Positions 52,989-61,222 of a stretch of DNA of 64,000 nt are shown here, piece by piece. The stretch lies in NCBI GenBank assembly GCA_965197585.1, contig OZ240215.1:2176001-2240000 (forward strand), in the 5' to 3' direction. The position numbers and the translations under genes are program-made. Position 1 is the first letter of the stretch. Every line of letters begins with the position of its first letter. Source of the stretch: Dehalococcoidia bacterium. GTDB lineage: Bacteria > Chloroflexota > Dehalococcoidia > Plut-88900. The notes beneath the pieces were generated by a model, which worked only from the letters and a program-made list of their open reading frames with translations, had not been told where the DNA came from and did not search any database.

Positions 52989-53456
52989 TTGAAGGCTCTC
53001 CTCCAAAGGGTCTCACGCGCCTCGGTAACTATCGACGGCGACACCGTAGGAAGCATCGCCACCGGGCTTACCCTCTTCCTCTGCGTCGAGCAGGATGATA
53101 CCGAGCAAGACGCCGACTACCTGAAGGAAAAGTGCCTCAACCTAAGAATCTTCCCTGACGAAGAGGGTCGGTTCGACAGGTCCGTGCTGGATGTGGGTGG
53201 GGGCCTCTTGATAATCAGCCAATTCACCTTGGCCGCCGACACCCGCAAGGGCCGCAGGCCCAGTTTCACCCATGCAGCTCCACCCGAACTCGCCGAGCCC
53301 ATGGTCGAATATTTCATAACCGAGTGCCGAGCCTGGGGTCTCAGAGTAGAGACCGGCAAATTCGGAGCCCACATGCAGGTAACCCTCTCCAACGACGGCC
53401 CCGTCACCATCTGGCTTGACAGCCGAGACAGACTAACCCCCCGGCGGAACTCCTAA
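52989..53456 (+). CDS. dtd: D-aminoacyl-tRNA deacylase
   Basis: ALLQRV, SQFTL, GRRPSF, NDGPVT. Confidence 0.95.
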   Translation: MKALLQRVSRASVTIDGDTVGSIATGLTLFLCVEQDDTEQDADYLKEKCLNLRIFPDEEGRFDRSVLDVGGGLLIISQFTLAADTRKGRRPSFTHAAPPELAEPMVEYFITECRAWGLRVETGKFGAHMQVTLSNDGPVTIWLDSRDRLTPRRNS

Positions 53457-53728
53457 CCCAACCCTCCCTGTAGCAATTGGGGAGTGCTCCTATCCATCTC
53501 CCCCAATGAGTCGCAGACTCTGCAAGTGCGCCTTGGGCGTGCACCGAGGCGCGTGACCTTTGCATAACCGTCATTCCCGCCTCTGAGCCAGCTCACGAAA
53601 TACGGCATTTCCATTCCTAGGGGGTGGGGCATTCCGCTCGCCCTGAGCCGAGTCGAGGCCTGTCCTGAGGCTCTCGAAGGGGGTCTCAAGAGCGGAATGG
53701 GGGTGGGTCATTTCCCCTCTCCCTTGAT

Positions 53729-53858
53729 GAGACCTTTGCATAACCTGTGTTGGGGGGCGTGGGGCCGCTCGTGCTGAGGCTCTCGAAGTATGAGCGGGGG
53801 GGATTACGGCATGAGGATGGAACAACAGAGATGCGATCTGCAGTTACACAAAGGTTTC
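53729..53858. mobile_element. 130-bp MITE inserted in a REP hairpin
   Basis: IRs GAGACCTTTGCATAAC/GTTACACAAAGGTTTC. TTGAT duplicated at 53724-53728 and 53859-53863. Confidence 0.75.
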
Positions 53859-53946
53859 TTGATTGGAAAAGGCTAGGGTCGTAGGCTCGCTGAGGAATGT
53901 CGAAGCCTCGTCGATGAGAGTGAGAGGTGTTCCAATCAGAAACCCC

Positions 53947-55254
53947 CTACCCCACAAAATTCCTCGGCGGACTGATCGGCACCCCCTCCGCAAAGCGGCT
54001 CGGCCGGAACGCATCTATATCTATCGACGTCCTCCCGTCCACTATCAGTTCCGATATCAACTTCCCGCTCATCGGCCCCATCGCAAACCCGTGCCCCGAG
54101 AACCCCGCAGCCACTATGTAACCCTTCGGCTTATCCACCGCCCCGAACACGGGCAGCATGTCCGGCGTCAGATCTATTAAGCCCGCCCACGCCCTCTCCT
54201 CCCGCACCCCTTTCAGCCAGGGCACAGTCTCCCCCAGTTGCCTCAGCCCCTCATCCACCGTTTCCCGGTTCACCCTTGGCTCGACATCCGACCTCAGGGG
54301 CCACGGACGTCCGACTCGAGAGATCAACGGAGTCCTGGCATGGAAACTCCTGAACAGTGCCTTGCCCGCGTGGAATTTGACCAGCTTACGATGTCGGATG
54401 ATATGGGGAAGCCACATCCGGATGTCGTCGAACGTGTCCCGGGTAACGTCATAGTCCCTCGGGTGGTTGTATCCTCGGGTAAAGAGGAATCCTCCGCCCG
54501 GCTCCTGCCTGAACCCCGAGTTCGGTCCACGCACGAAGGGCATAATCCTCCTGGAGACCGGCTCCGTTATCGCCTGCGTCTGCCGGATTATCCGCACCGG
54601 GAACCGATGGCCTACTTTCCTGCCCACGTGGTTCGCCCACACCCCAGCCGCATTCACAATATAGGGCGCGTCGATCCTGCCCATGTCCGTGCGTATCGAA
54701 GTGACCTGTCCATCACTGGTATCGATGTCCAGGGCCGCGCAGTTGGTCAGCACCTCCACCCCAAGCTCTCGTGCCGCCATCTCGAAGGCCTTGGTGCTTC
54801 TCGCCGGGTCTGCGTGCCCGTCGGTCGACGAATAGAGAGCCCCTAGCACCGGGGCATTGAGCCCGGGGACCAACTCCCGGCACTCCTCGGGGCTTATTGC
54901 GTAGGAATCGACCCTGTGCTCCTTGGCCAGCCGAGCCCCCCGCTCGATCTCCTTCATGTCCGCTTCGTTCTCAACGTAGAGCAGGTTGCCGCCGCTCACG
55001 TAACCCATGTCGGCCCCCAGCTCCTTTTCGAGCCCCTCCCACATCTTGATGCACTCCAGCATGAAGGGATATTCCACCGGGTTACGGCCCTGTACCCGCA
55101 CCCCTCCCGTGTTCCGCCCCGAGGCCTCCCCAGCAGTATCCCCTTTCTCCACCACCGTGACCCTCTTACCGCGCTTGGCCAGATGGTAGGCCGCTGCGCA
55201 GCCCGTGATTCCACCACCAATGATCACGACGTCAGCATCTCTACGCTTGCTCAT
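53947..55254 (-). CDS. FAD-dependent amine oxidoreductase (DAO/SoxB-like)
   Basis: IIGGGITG, ASGRNTG, WAG..D.TPD, GFSGHGF..GP. Confidence 0.9.
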   Translation of the reverse strand: MSKRRDADVVIIGGGITGCAAAYHLAKRGKRVTVVEKGDTAGEASGRNTGGVRVQGRNPVEYPFMLECIKMWEGLEKELGADMGYVSGGNLLYVENEADMKEIERGARLAKEHRVDSYAISPEECRELVPGLNAPVLGALYSSTDGHADPARSTKAFEMAARELGVEVLTNCAALDIDTSDGQVTSIRTDMGRIDAPYIVNAAGVWANHVGRKVGHRFPVRIIRQTQAITEPVSRRIMPFVRGPNSGFRQEPGGGFLFTRGYNHPRDYDVTRDTFDDIRMWLPHIIRHRKLVKFHAGKALFRSFHARTPLISRVGRPWPLRSDVEPRVNRETVDEGLRQLGETVPWLKGVREERAWAGLIDLTPDMLPVFGAVDKPKGYIVAAGFSGHGFAMGPMSGKLISELIVDGRTSIDIDAFRPSRFAEGVPISPPRNFVG

Positions 55255-55703
55255 GCCCCTGACTCCTCCAACCTACGCTCCAACTCCTCGACCCGCCGCT
55301 TCAACTCGCGCTCCCTCTGCCAACCCTCGGTTGCGTCCCTCATTATCGCCGCCACACCCTCGATCTCGCCGTCATCTCCCTTTATCAGGACCACGGTGAA
55401 CTCCAGTGATATCCGGCCGCCATCCCGCCGAATGCCTGGCACCGACAACAGCCTGTCTCCGTATTGGGTTTCTCCAGTCTCGACGACCCGATGGTAGCCT
55501 TCCCAGTGCCTCTCCCTGAACCGCTCCGGCACAATTAGATCGAGAGTAGACCCCAGCGCCTCCGCCTCCCCATACCCGAAAATCCGCTCCGCGCCCCCAT
55601 TCCACAGCCGGATCTTCCCTTCACTGTCAGCGAAGACAATCGCATCGCCCGAACCTGCGAAGATCTGCTTTAATATCCGGAGCTTGTCTGATTCCTCGTT
55701 CAA
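55251..55703 (-). CDS. Stand-alone PAS domain protein
   Basis: DAIVFAD.EG.I..WN.GAE.IFGY...EALG..LD.IVPE. Confidence 0.85.
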   Translation of the reverse strand: MNEESDKLRILKQIFAGSGDAIVFADSEGKIRLWNGGAERIFGYGEAEALGSTLDLIVPERFRERHWEGYHRVVETGETQYGDRLLSVPGIRRDGGRISLEFTVVLIKGDDGEIEGVAAIMRDATEGWQRERELKRRVEELERRLEESGA

Positions 55704-55819
55704 GTCTTACCCTTCGAAAATTATGGTAGTGTGAGCCGCCGAGCCCGATGTTCCCCCGATTCCCGACCATTGTCAAACCACCACCCATCCTTCTGATAAT
55801 CCCGCAAAGGAGCCCCGAC

Positions 55820-56338
55820 ATGCCCGGTGAATTCCTATTCTGCCCCATGTGCCGCACAGACCTGACGCCCAAGACTCGAGGCGGCAGACCCCGGCCTCAT
55901 TGCCGGGAATGTGGCTACGTCCAATACCGCAATCCCGTCGCGGGCGTTGCGGTGATATGCCGCAGGGGTCAGGGGATACTTATGGGGCGAAGGGCCGCTG
56001 GGCAAAGTCGGGGAGGCGAATGGTGCATCCCCTGTGGCTATGTCGAGTGGGGTGAGGATATTAGGGAGGCCGCCAAGCGGGAGATGCTTGAGGAGACCGG
56101 GTTAGTCATCGAGGTCGGGCCCGTCTACGACGTCCATTCCAACTTCCACGACCCCAGGTCCCTCACCGTAGGCGTCTGGTTCACCGGGACAATCGTCGGA
56201 GGCACGATGACCGCCTCCGACGATGTGGACATGGTCGACTTCTTCCCGCTGGACGAAATTCCCGAGCCTCTCGCCTTCCCCACCGACAACCTCGTCCTGG
56301 ACAGGCTACGCCGGGAAGGATTCCCCGACGGGATTTAG
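55820..56338 (+). CDS. NUDIX hydrolase with Zn ribbon
   Basis: FCPMC...CRECG..QYRNP, G.VE.GE....AKRE..EETG. Confidence 0.9.
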   Translation: MPGEFLFCPMCRTDLTPKTRGGRPRPHCRECGYVQYRNPVAGVAVICRRGQGILMGRRAAGQSRGGEWCIPCGYVEWGEDIREAAKREMLEETGLVIEVGPVYDVHSNFHDPRSLTVGVWFTGTIVGGTMTASDDVDMVDFFPLDEIPEPLAFPTDNLVLDRLRREGFPDGI

Positions 56339-56470
56339 AAATAGCCTGAATAAACTGTGCCCCAATCTGTTCGGCCTATTTACCCCCAATGGTAAACCGA
56401 GCAGATCGGGGCACAATACTCAAAGCTCTTTCCTTGTCTAGAAAGCTATAGCGTCGGCTGTGGAAATTAC

Positions 56471-57856
56471 CTACCCGCTCACCCCCAGCTCCGCCTCAAA
56501 CTCCGTCAGGGAGCGGTCCAGGGCCTCCAGAATCTCGTCCACCTGCTCCTTGGTTGCGATCATGGCAGGAGCGATGAACATGGGCAGTCCACGGTTAAGG
56601 TTTTGCGGCCGTCTCGGGCCCCAGAGACTGGAGTAGAGGGCTAGTCCGTTCTTGAGGGCTATCGACTGGAAACGCTCTTCGGCGTTTATCTCGGGTGAGA
56701 AGAACTCCAGGGTCTCCTTGTTGCTGACCAACTCGGGCACCATTAGCATTCCCTGGCCCCGGATGTCGGTTATGGTCGGATGGTCGAGCAAAGCCTTTCC
56801 CTGCTCATGCATGTATGCCCCGACCGCCGCCGAGTGCTCCACCAGCCCATCCTTCTCGATAATGTCTATCACTTCAATACCGACGGCGCAGGCTACCGCG
56901 TGCCCCGAGTACGTGTACCCGTGGGTGAAGTGCCCTCCGTCGGCGAAGGCGTCATTTACTTCGTCGGAGACAGTCACTGCAGCCAGTGGTGCGTAACAGC
57001 TCCCTATTCCCTTGGCCGTGACCATCACGTCCGCCTCTACGTCGTAGTGCTCCATCCCGAACCACTTACCAGTCCGGCCCCACCCCGTAATCACCTCATC
57101 GATAATCAGGAGCACGTCATACCGGTCGCAAATCTCGCGAATGGCCTGCCAGTAATCGGGAGGCGGTGCGAGCCCATAGTCCCGGCCTTGGGCCAGGGGC
57201 GTGGCTATGAACGCGGCCACATACTGCTCACCTGCGTAGTAAATCGCCTCTTCCAGCTCCTGGGCACACTGCACTGCATAGTCTTTTGGGTCCATCCGGG
57301 GCGGCGTTTCCCTCTCGCTGTGCTGCTTGATGTGGGGCCAGTCCGTCAGCATGGGAGTGTAGGCATTCCGGTTGCCGGCCACCCCCGCCACCGAGAGCGC
57401 TCCCAGGCTCATCCCGTGGTAGCTCTCATAGCGGGAAATAACGATGTACTTCTCCACATTCCCCTTATTCAAGTGATATTCGCGGGCCACCTTTATCGCC
57501 GTCTCCACCGCTTCCGACCCTCCGGAGGCCAGGAAGGTTGTGTTCAGGCTTCCGGGCGCTTTCTGGCTGATCCGCTCACACAACTCAGCCCGAGGCCGGT
57601 TGGACATGATCGGGTGACAATAAGCGAACTTTTCCGCCTGTTTTGTCATCGCCTCGACTATGCGCGGGTCCCCGTGCCCCAGGTTGACCGCCATCGGCCC
57701 CCCCGACGCATCGATGTACCGGTTACCGTCCTCGTCATACAGATAGATGCCCTCGGCCCTTTCCAGGACGGGGGAAAAGGGATGGTAGGCAAAGGCACGA
57801 TTCCAAATTCCTTCGGGCTCCCTGATAGTTGGTCTCGGGTTTTCCGTAAGCGTCAT
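56471..57856 (-). CDS. Class III PLP aminotransferase
   Basis: GGSEAVE, SYHG, DEVITGWGRTG, TAKG, HGYTY. Confidence 0.92.
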   Translation of the reverse strand: MTLTENPRPTIREPEGIWNRAFAYHPFSPVLERAEGIYLYDEDGNRYIDASGGPMAVNLGHGDPRIVEAMTKQAEKFAYCHPIMSNRPRAELCERISQKAPGSLNTTFLASGGSEAVETAIKVAREYHLNKGNVEKYIVISRYESYHGMSLGALSVAGVAGNRNAYTPMLTDWPHIKQHSERETPPRMDPKDYAVQCAQELEEAIYYAGEQYVAAFIATPLAQGRDYGLAPPPDYWQAIREICDRYDVLLIIDEVITGWGRTGKWFGMEHYDVEADVMVTAKGIGSCYAPLAAVTVSDEVNDAFADGGHFTHGYTYSGHAVACAVGIEVIDIIEKDGLVEHSAAVGAYMHEQGKALLDHPTITDIRGQGMLMVPELVSNKETLEFFSPEINAEERFQSIALKNGLALYSSLWGPRRPQNLNRGLPMFIAPAMIATKEQVDEILEALDRSLTEFEAELGVSG

Positions 57857-57923
57857 GTCCCCTGCCTCCTGCCCCGGGCTGGTGCCTCGGGTCTAAAATT
57901 CCACGATTCTACGTTGGCCATTG

Positions 57924-58124
57924 CTAAATTGACGGGGGTGGTTCATCAAATGGTTGGCCCAGTCTCTCAGCTTCGAGTCGCTGCTCGTTCCACGCTTGCC
58001 ACAGCGCCGTAACTTCCTCTCGTATCTTAGCTTCAGCTTCTTCCCTCGCCTCCGCAACCGCCTTGGCTATCTGCTTCTGCTTTCTATTCTCGAACCACTC
58101 GTCCAGTCTTTCAGCCAGTACCAT
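57924..58124 (-). CDS. Small helical protein, paralog of the C-terminal half of the upstream gene
   Basis: MVLAERLDEWF...WQAWNE.R.EAE..G.PFDEPPP. Has its own RBS GGGAG. Confidence 0.7.
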   Translation of the reverse strand: MVLAERLDEWFENRKQKQIAKAVAEAREEAEAKIREEVTALWQAWNEQRLEAERLGQPFDEPPPSI

Positions 58125-58153
58125 TTCGATAGTCTCCCGGCCAGGAACGTGGC

Positions 58154-58594
58154 CTATGGGGAAGGCGGCGGCTCATCAAAGGGTTCGCCCATCGTCTCTG
58201 CCTCTATTCTCCGCTCGTTCCAAGCCTGCCACAAAGACCCGATTTCAGCCCGCGTCTTCTCTTCCGCCTCAGCCACCGCCTTGGCTATCTGCTTCTCACG
58301 CCTCTTGGTAAACCACTCTTCCAGTCTCTCTGCCAGTACCAAACCGTTCCTCCATAACTCAGTGACGATTAGCGACCCCGCCACCGACGCTATAACCAGC
58401 CTCCCCACCCCTGCCCACGCCGCCAACGCCGTATCTACTATCCCATCGGCCTTGTTCACGTGGACTTCTGCATATGTTACCAGCCCACCGCCAATCAATG
58501 CCAGAGTTATGAACACGATGAAGTATAGACCCTTCGTCTCCCTGCTCACGCTCCATATCGAATCTCTACCCTTCTGTTCCTGCTTATCCAACAT
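58154..58594 (-). CDS. Two-TM membrane protein with helical C-terminus
   Basis: Two hydrophobic segments followed by the same C-terminal motif as 57924-58124. Confidence 0.7.
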   Translation of the reverse strand: MLDKQEQKGRDSIWSVSRETKGLYFIVFITLALIGGGLVTYAEVHVNKADGIVDTALAAWAGVGRLVIASVAGSLIVTELWRNGLVLAERLEEWFTKRREKQIAKAVAEAEEKTRAEIGSLWQAWNERRIEAETMGEPFDEPPPSP

Positions 58595-58791
58595 TTATCC
58601 ACTTAATCAGGCTTATTTTCAGTATATTTGTATGACACATTGTGACCGACCAACGTTCAAACTCTACAGGTCACTGTCAAGGGCATTCCGGTCCAGGACA
58701 TCCACAAATAACTGACAGCCGTGCCCTCTGACGGTATCATTCCCTCAACCGGGCCCCGGGGCCCGCATCCTCACCTGCCGGAGGCCGTCAC

Positions 58792-60003
58792 ATGGAAGCG
58801 CCCCTCAAAGGTATCCGAGTCCTCGAGGTCGCCAATTGGCTCGCCATCCCCTCCTGTGCAGCCATGATGGCCGACATGGGCGCCGATGTTATCAAAGTGG
58901 AAGCCTTACAGGGCGACACCTTCCGCACCGAGATCCGGGACGCCGATTTCGGCAAGGCTTTCCCCATCAGCTACGCCTTCGAGCTCGATAACCGTGGCAA
59001 ACGCTCCATAGCCCTCAATCTCGCCCGACCCAAGGCAGTTGAGGCTGTACACAAGCTCGCCTCCAAAGCCGATGTCTTCATGACCAACCTGATACCCCGC
59101 CGTCAGGAAGCCTTCAACCTCACCTACGAAGAGCTTTCAAAGGACCACCCCAGCCTGATCTATGTCTCCTTTAACGGCTACGGCACCGAAGGCCCCGACA
59201 AGGACCGCACCGGCTTCGACTACACGGCTTTCTGGACTCGGTCCGGCGCTATGTCCCTCTTCAGCCGGCCTGGCAAGGAGCCAGTCAACCTTCGCTCCGG
59301 CTTCGGGGATCACACCAGTTCTCCCATGCTCCTCGCCGGGGTAATGACCGCGCTGTGGGCCAGGGAGAAAACGGGACGGGGACAAAAGGTCGCCTGCTCC
59401 CTGCTTAACATGGGCCTATGGGTCATAGGCGGAGACCTTTCCCGCTCCCTCTACGCCCAGCAGCACCCGTTCCAGTGGACTCGGGAAGAGTCGCCTAACC
59501 CGCTCCAGAACACTTACCAAACGGGAGACGGGAAGTGGATAAACATGGTCTCGCCCAATACCAACGAGAAGTGGGCCAGGTTCTGCCGAGCCCTGCAGCG
59601 CGACGACCTCATAACCGATGAACGATACTCGGAGCCGCTCGCCCGGCGCGCCAACGGCCGCGAACTGATCCCCGAGCTTGACCGGGTCCTTGCAAGCAAC
59701 ACCCTCGAAGAACTCGCCCCCCGCCTCGACGCCCAGGGCGTCATCTGGGCCCCCATGCAGGACCTAATGGACGTTATGTCCGACCCTCAGGTCCGCGCCA
59801 ATGACTTCATCACCACCGTCGACCATCCCGCCCACGGCCCCTACGAGACCCTTGCCACGCCCCTTAAATTCAGCGAAAGCGAGATCAAGCCCCGTGGCGC
59901 AGCCCCCGAGATGGGCCAGCACACTGAACAGATCCTGGTCGACGAGCTCGGCTACTCCTGGGACGACGTGGAGACGCTCCGCGAAGACGGTGCTATAAAC
60001 TGA
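58792..60003 (+). CDS. CaiB/BaiF family III CoA-transferase
   Basis: PLKGIRVLE, GADVIKVE, NRGKRSI, GFD, GD, APEMGQHT. Confidence 0.93.
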   Translation: MEAPLKGIRVLEVANWLAIPSCAAMMADMGADVIKVEALQGDTFRTEIRDADFGKAFPISYAFELDNRGKRSIALNLARPKAVEAVHKLASKADVFMTNLIPRRQEAFNLTYEELSKDHPSLIYVSFNGYGTEGPDKDRTGFDYTAFWTRSGAMSLFSRPGKEPVNLRSGFGDHTSSPMLLAGVMTALWAREKTGRGQKVACSLLNMGLWVIGGDLSRSLYAQQHPFQWTREESPNPLQNTYQTGDGKWINMVSPNTNEKWARFCRALQRDDLITDERYSEPLARRANGRELIPELDRVLASNTLEELAPRLDAQGVIWAPMQDLMDVMSDPQVRANDFITTVDHPAHGPYETLATPLKFSESEIKPRGAAPEMGQHTEQILVDELGYSWDDVETLREDGAIN

Positions 60004-60113
60004 CGGGCATGGTAAATCCCATCCGACAGACGCCGAATTTGGAGTTGCATTTGACAAGTCGTGAATCTGAGCTAATATAGACGACGAATATATATAGCAC
60101 AGAGATATATACT

Positions 60114-61127
60114 TTGATGGATAGTAACGCTATGGCCATCTCCGCAGTCAGACCCTCTCGACTCCGACTCCGGCTCCGGCGCCCCAACGCCGAGGCGTTA
60201 ATCTGGCTGCTAACCGGCACCCTCCTTCTAATCGGCTCCCTCGTCCCTGATTCTAACGCCGATATGGTCAGAAATGTCGGTTGGGGTATTCTCAAGATCC
60301 TGCCGGTGCTTGCCATCGCCTCGCTGCTCGCCGGGGCGCTGACCTTGGGCAACTGGTCTGACCGCGCACTCTTTTGGCTAAAGGGCGGGACCCTGCGCTC
60401 GATACTGATCGCGAGCTTGATCGGAGCAGTGACGCCCGTATGTGGACTCGGCGTCCTGCCTCTAATAGCCTCCCTCCTCCGCCGAGGTGTTCCCCTCGCA
60501 CCCATCATGGCCTTCTGGGTCTCATCGCCGGTCACCGACCCCAGCATGATGTTAGTCACCGGCGGAATCATCGGCCCCGATTTCGCAATCGCCAAGACTG
60601 TTGCCGCATTCTCCATCGGCATGTTCGCCGGAGTGGTGACTGCAGGTCTGCCCGGCTTCCGGGGATCGGTCAATGAGCTGATGCGTACCGAGGCCCTGGA
60701 GCAATACGGCTCCTGCGAAGCCGACCGCTCTCGCTTCTGGCCCGAGGTCATCAGCAACTCCCGCCTCGCCCTCCGATGGCTTGCCCTGGCCCTCGTCCTG
60801 GAAGTCTTCCTCCAGCGCCTCGTCCCCGACGAGTGGATTATGTCCCTCTTCGGCGCCGAGGCCGGTGCTTCAGTACCCTTGGCGGTGATCGTCGGCGCTC
60901 CCATGTACCTGGACGGCTACGCTTCCCTGCCCCTCGTTCGGGGCCTGCTTGAAATGGGCATGAGCTTCGGAGCCGCCCTGGCCTTGATGGTATCCGGTGC
61001 GGCCATCAGCCTCTACGCCACCGTAGCAGTCGTCTCCGTAGTCCGCGCCCGGGTCTTTGCCCTCTACGTAATCCTCGCCCTCATCGGCGCAACCATGGTC
61101 GGCTACGCCGCCAACCTAGTCCTCTAA
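60114..61127 (+). CDS. DUF318/ArsP-family permease
   Basis: TPVCGLGVLP, MAFWVSSP, GAPMY..G...P. Multiple TMs. Start codon uncertain. Confidence 0.8.
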   Translation: MMDSNAMAISAVRPSRLRLRLRRPNAEALIWLLTGTLLLIGSLVPDSNADMVRNVGWGILKILPVLAIASLLAGALTLGNWSDRALFWLKGGTLRSILIASLIGAVTPVCGLGVLPLIASLLRRGVPLAPIMAFWVSSPVTDPSMMLVTGGIIGPDFAIAKTVAAFSIGMFAGVVTAGLPGFRGSVNELMRTEALEQYGSCEADRSRFWPEVISNSRLALRWLALALVLEVFLQRLVPDEWIMSLFGAEAGASVPLAVIVGAPMYLDGYASLPLVRGLLEMGMSFGAALALMVSGAAISLYATVAVVSVVRARVFALYVILALIGATMVGYAANLVL

Positions 61128-61222
61128 CCTTCTCCCCTCCCCCCGGTCATTCCTGCGGGGGCGGGGCGTCCAGCCCCCTCTCCCTCCGACCAGTGTACAG
61201 ACCGGGGACATAGGTTACACCA

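Noticed and set aside
60075-60097. Possible ArsR-type operator upstream of the permease
   Set aside because: A weak AT-rich inverted repeat with no regulator gene adjacent; insufficient support.
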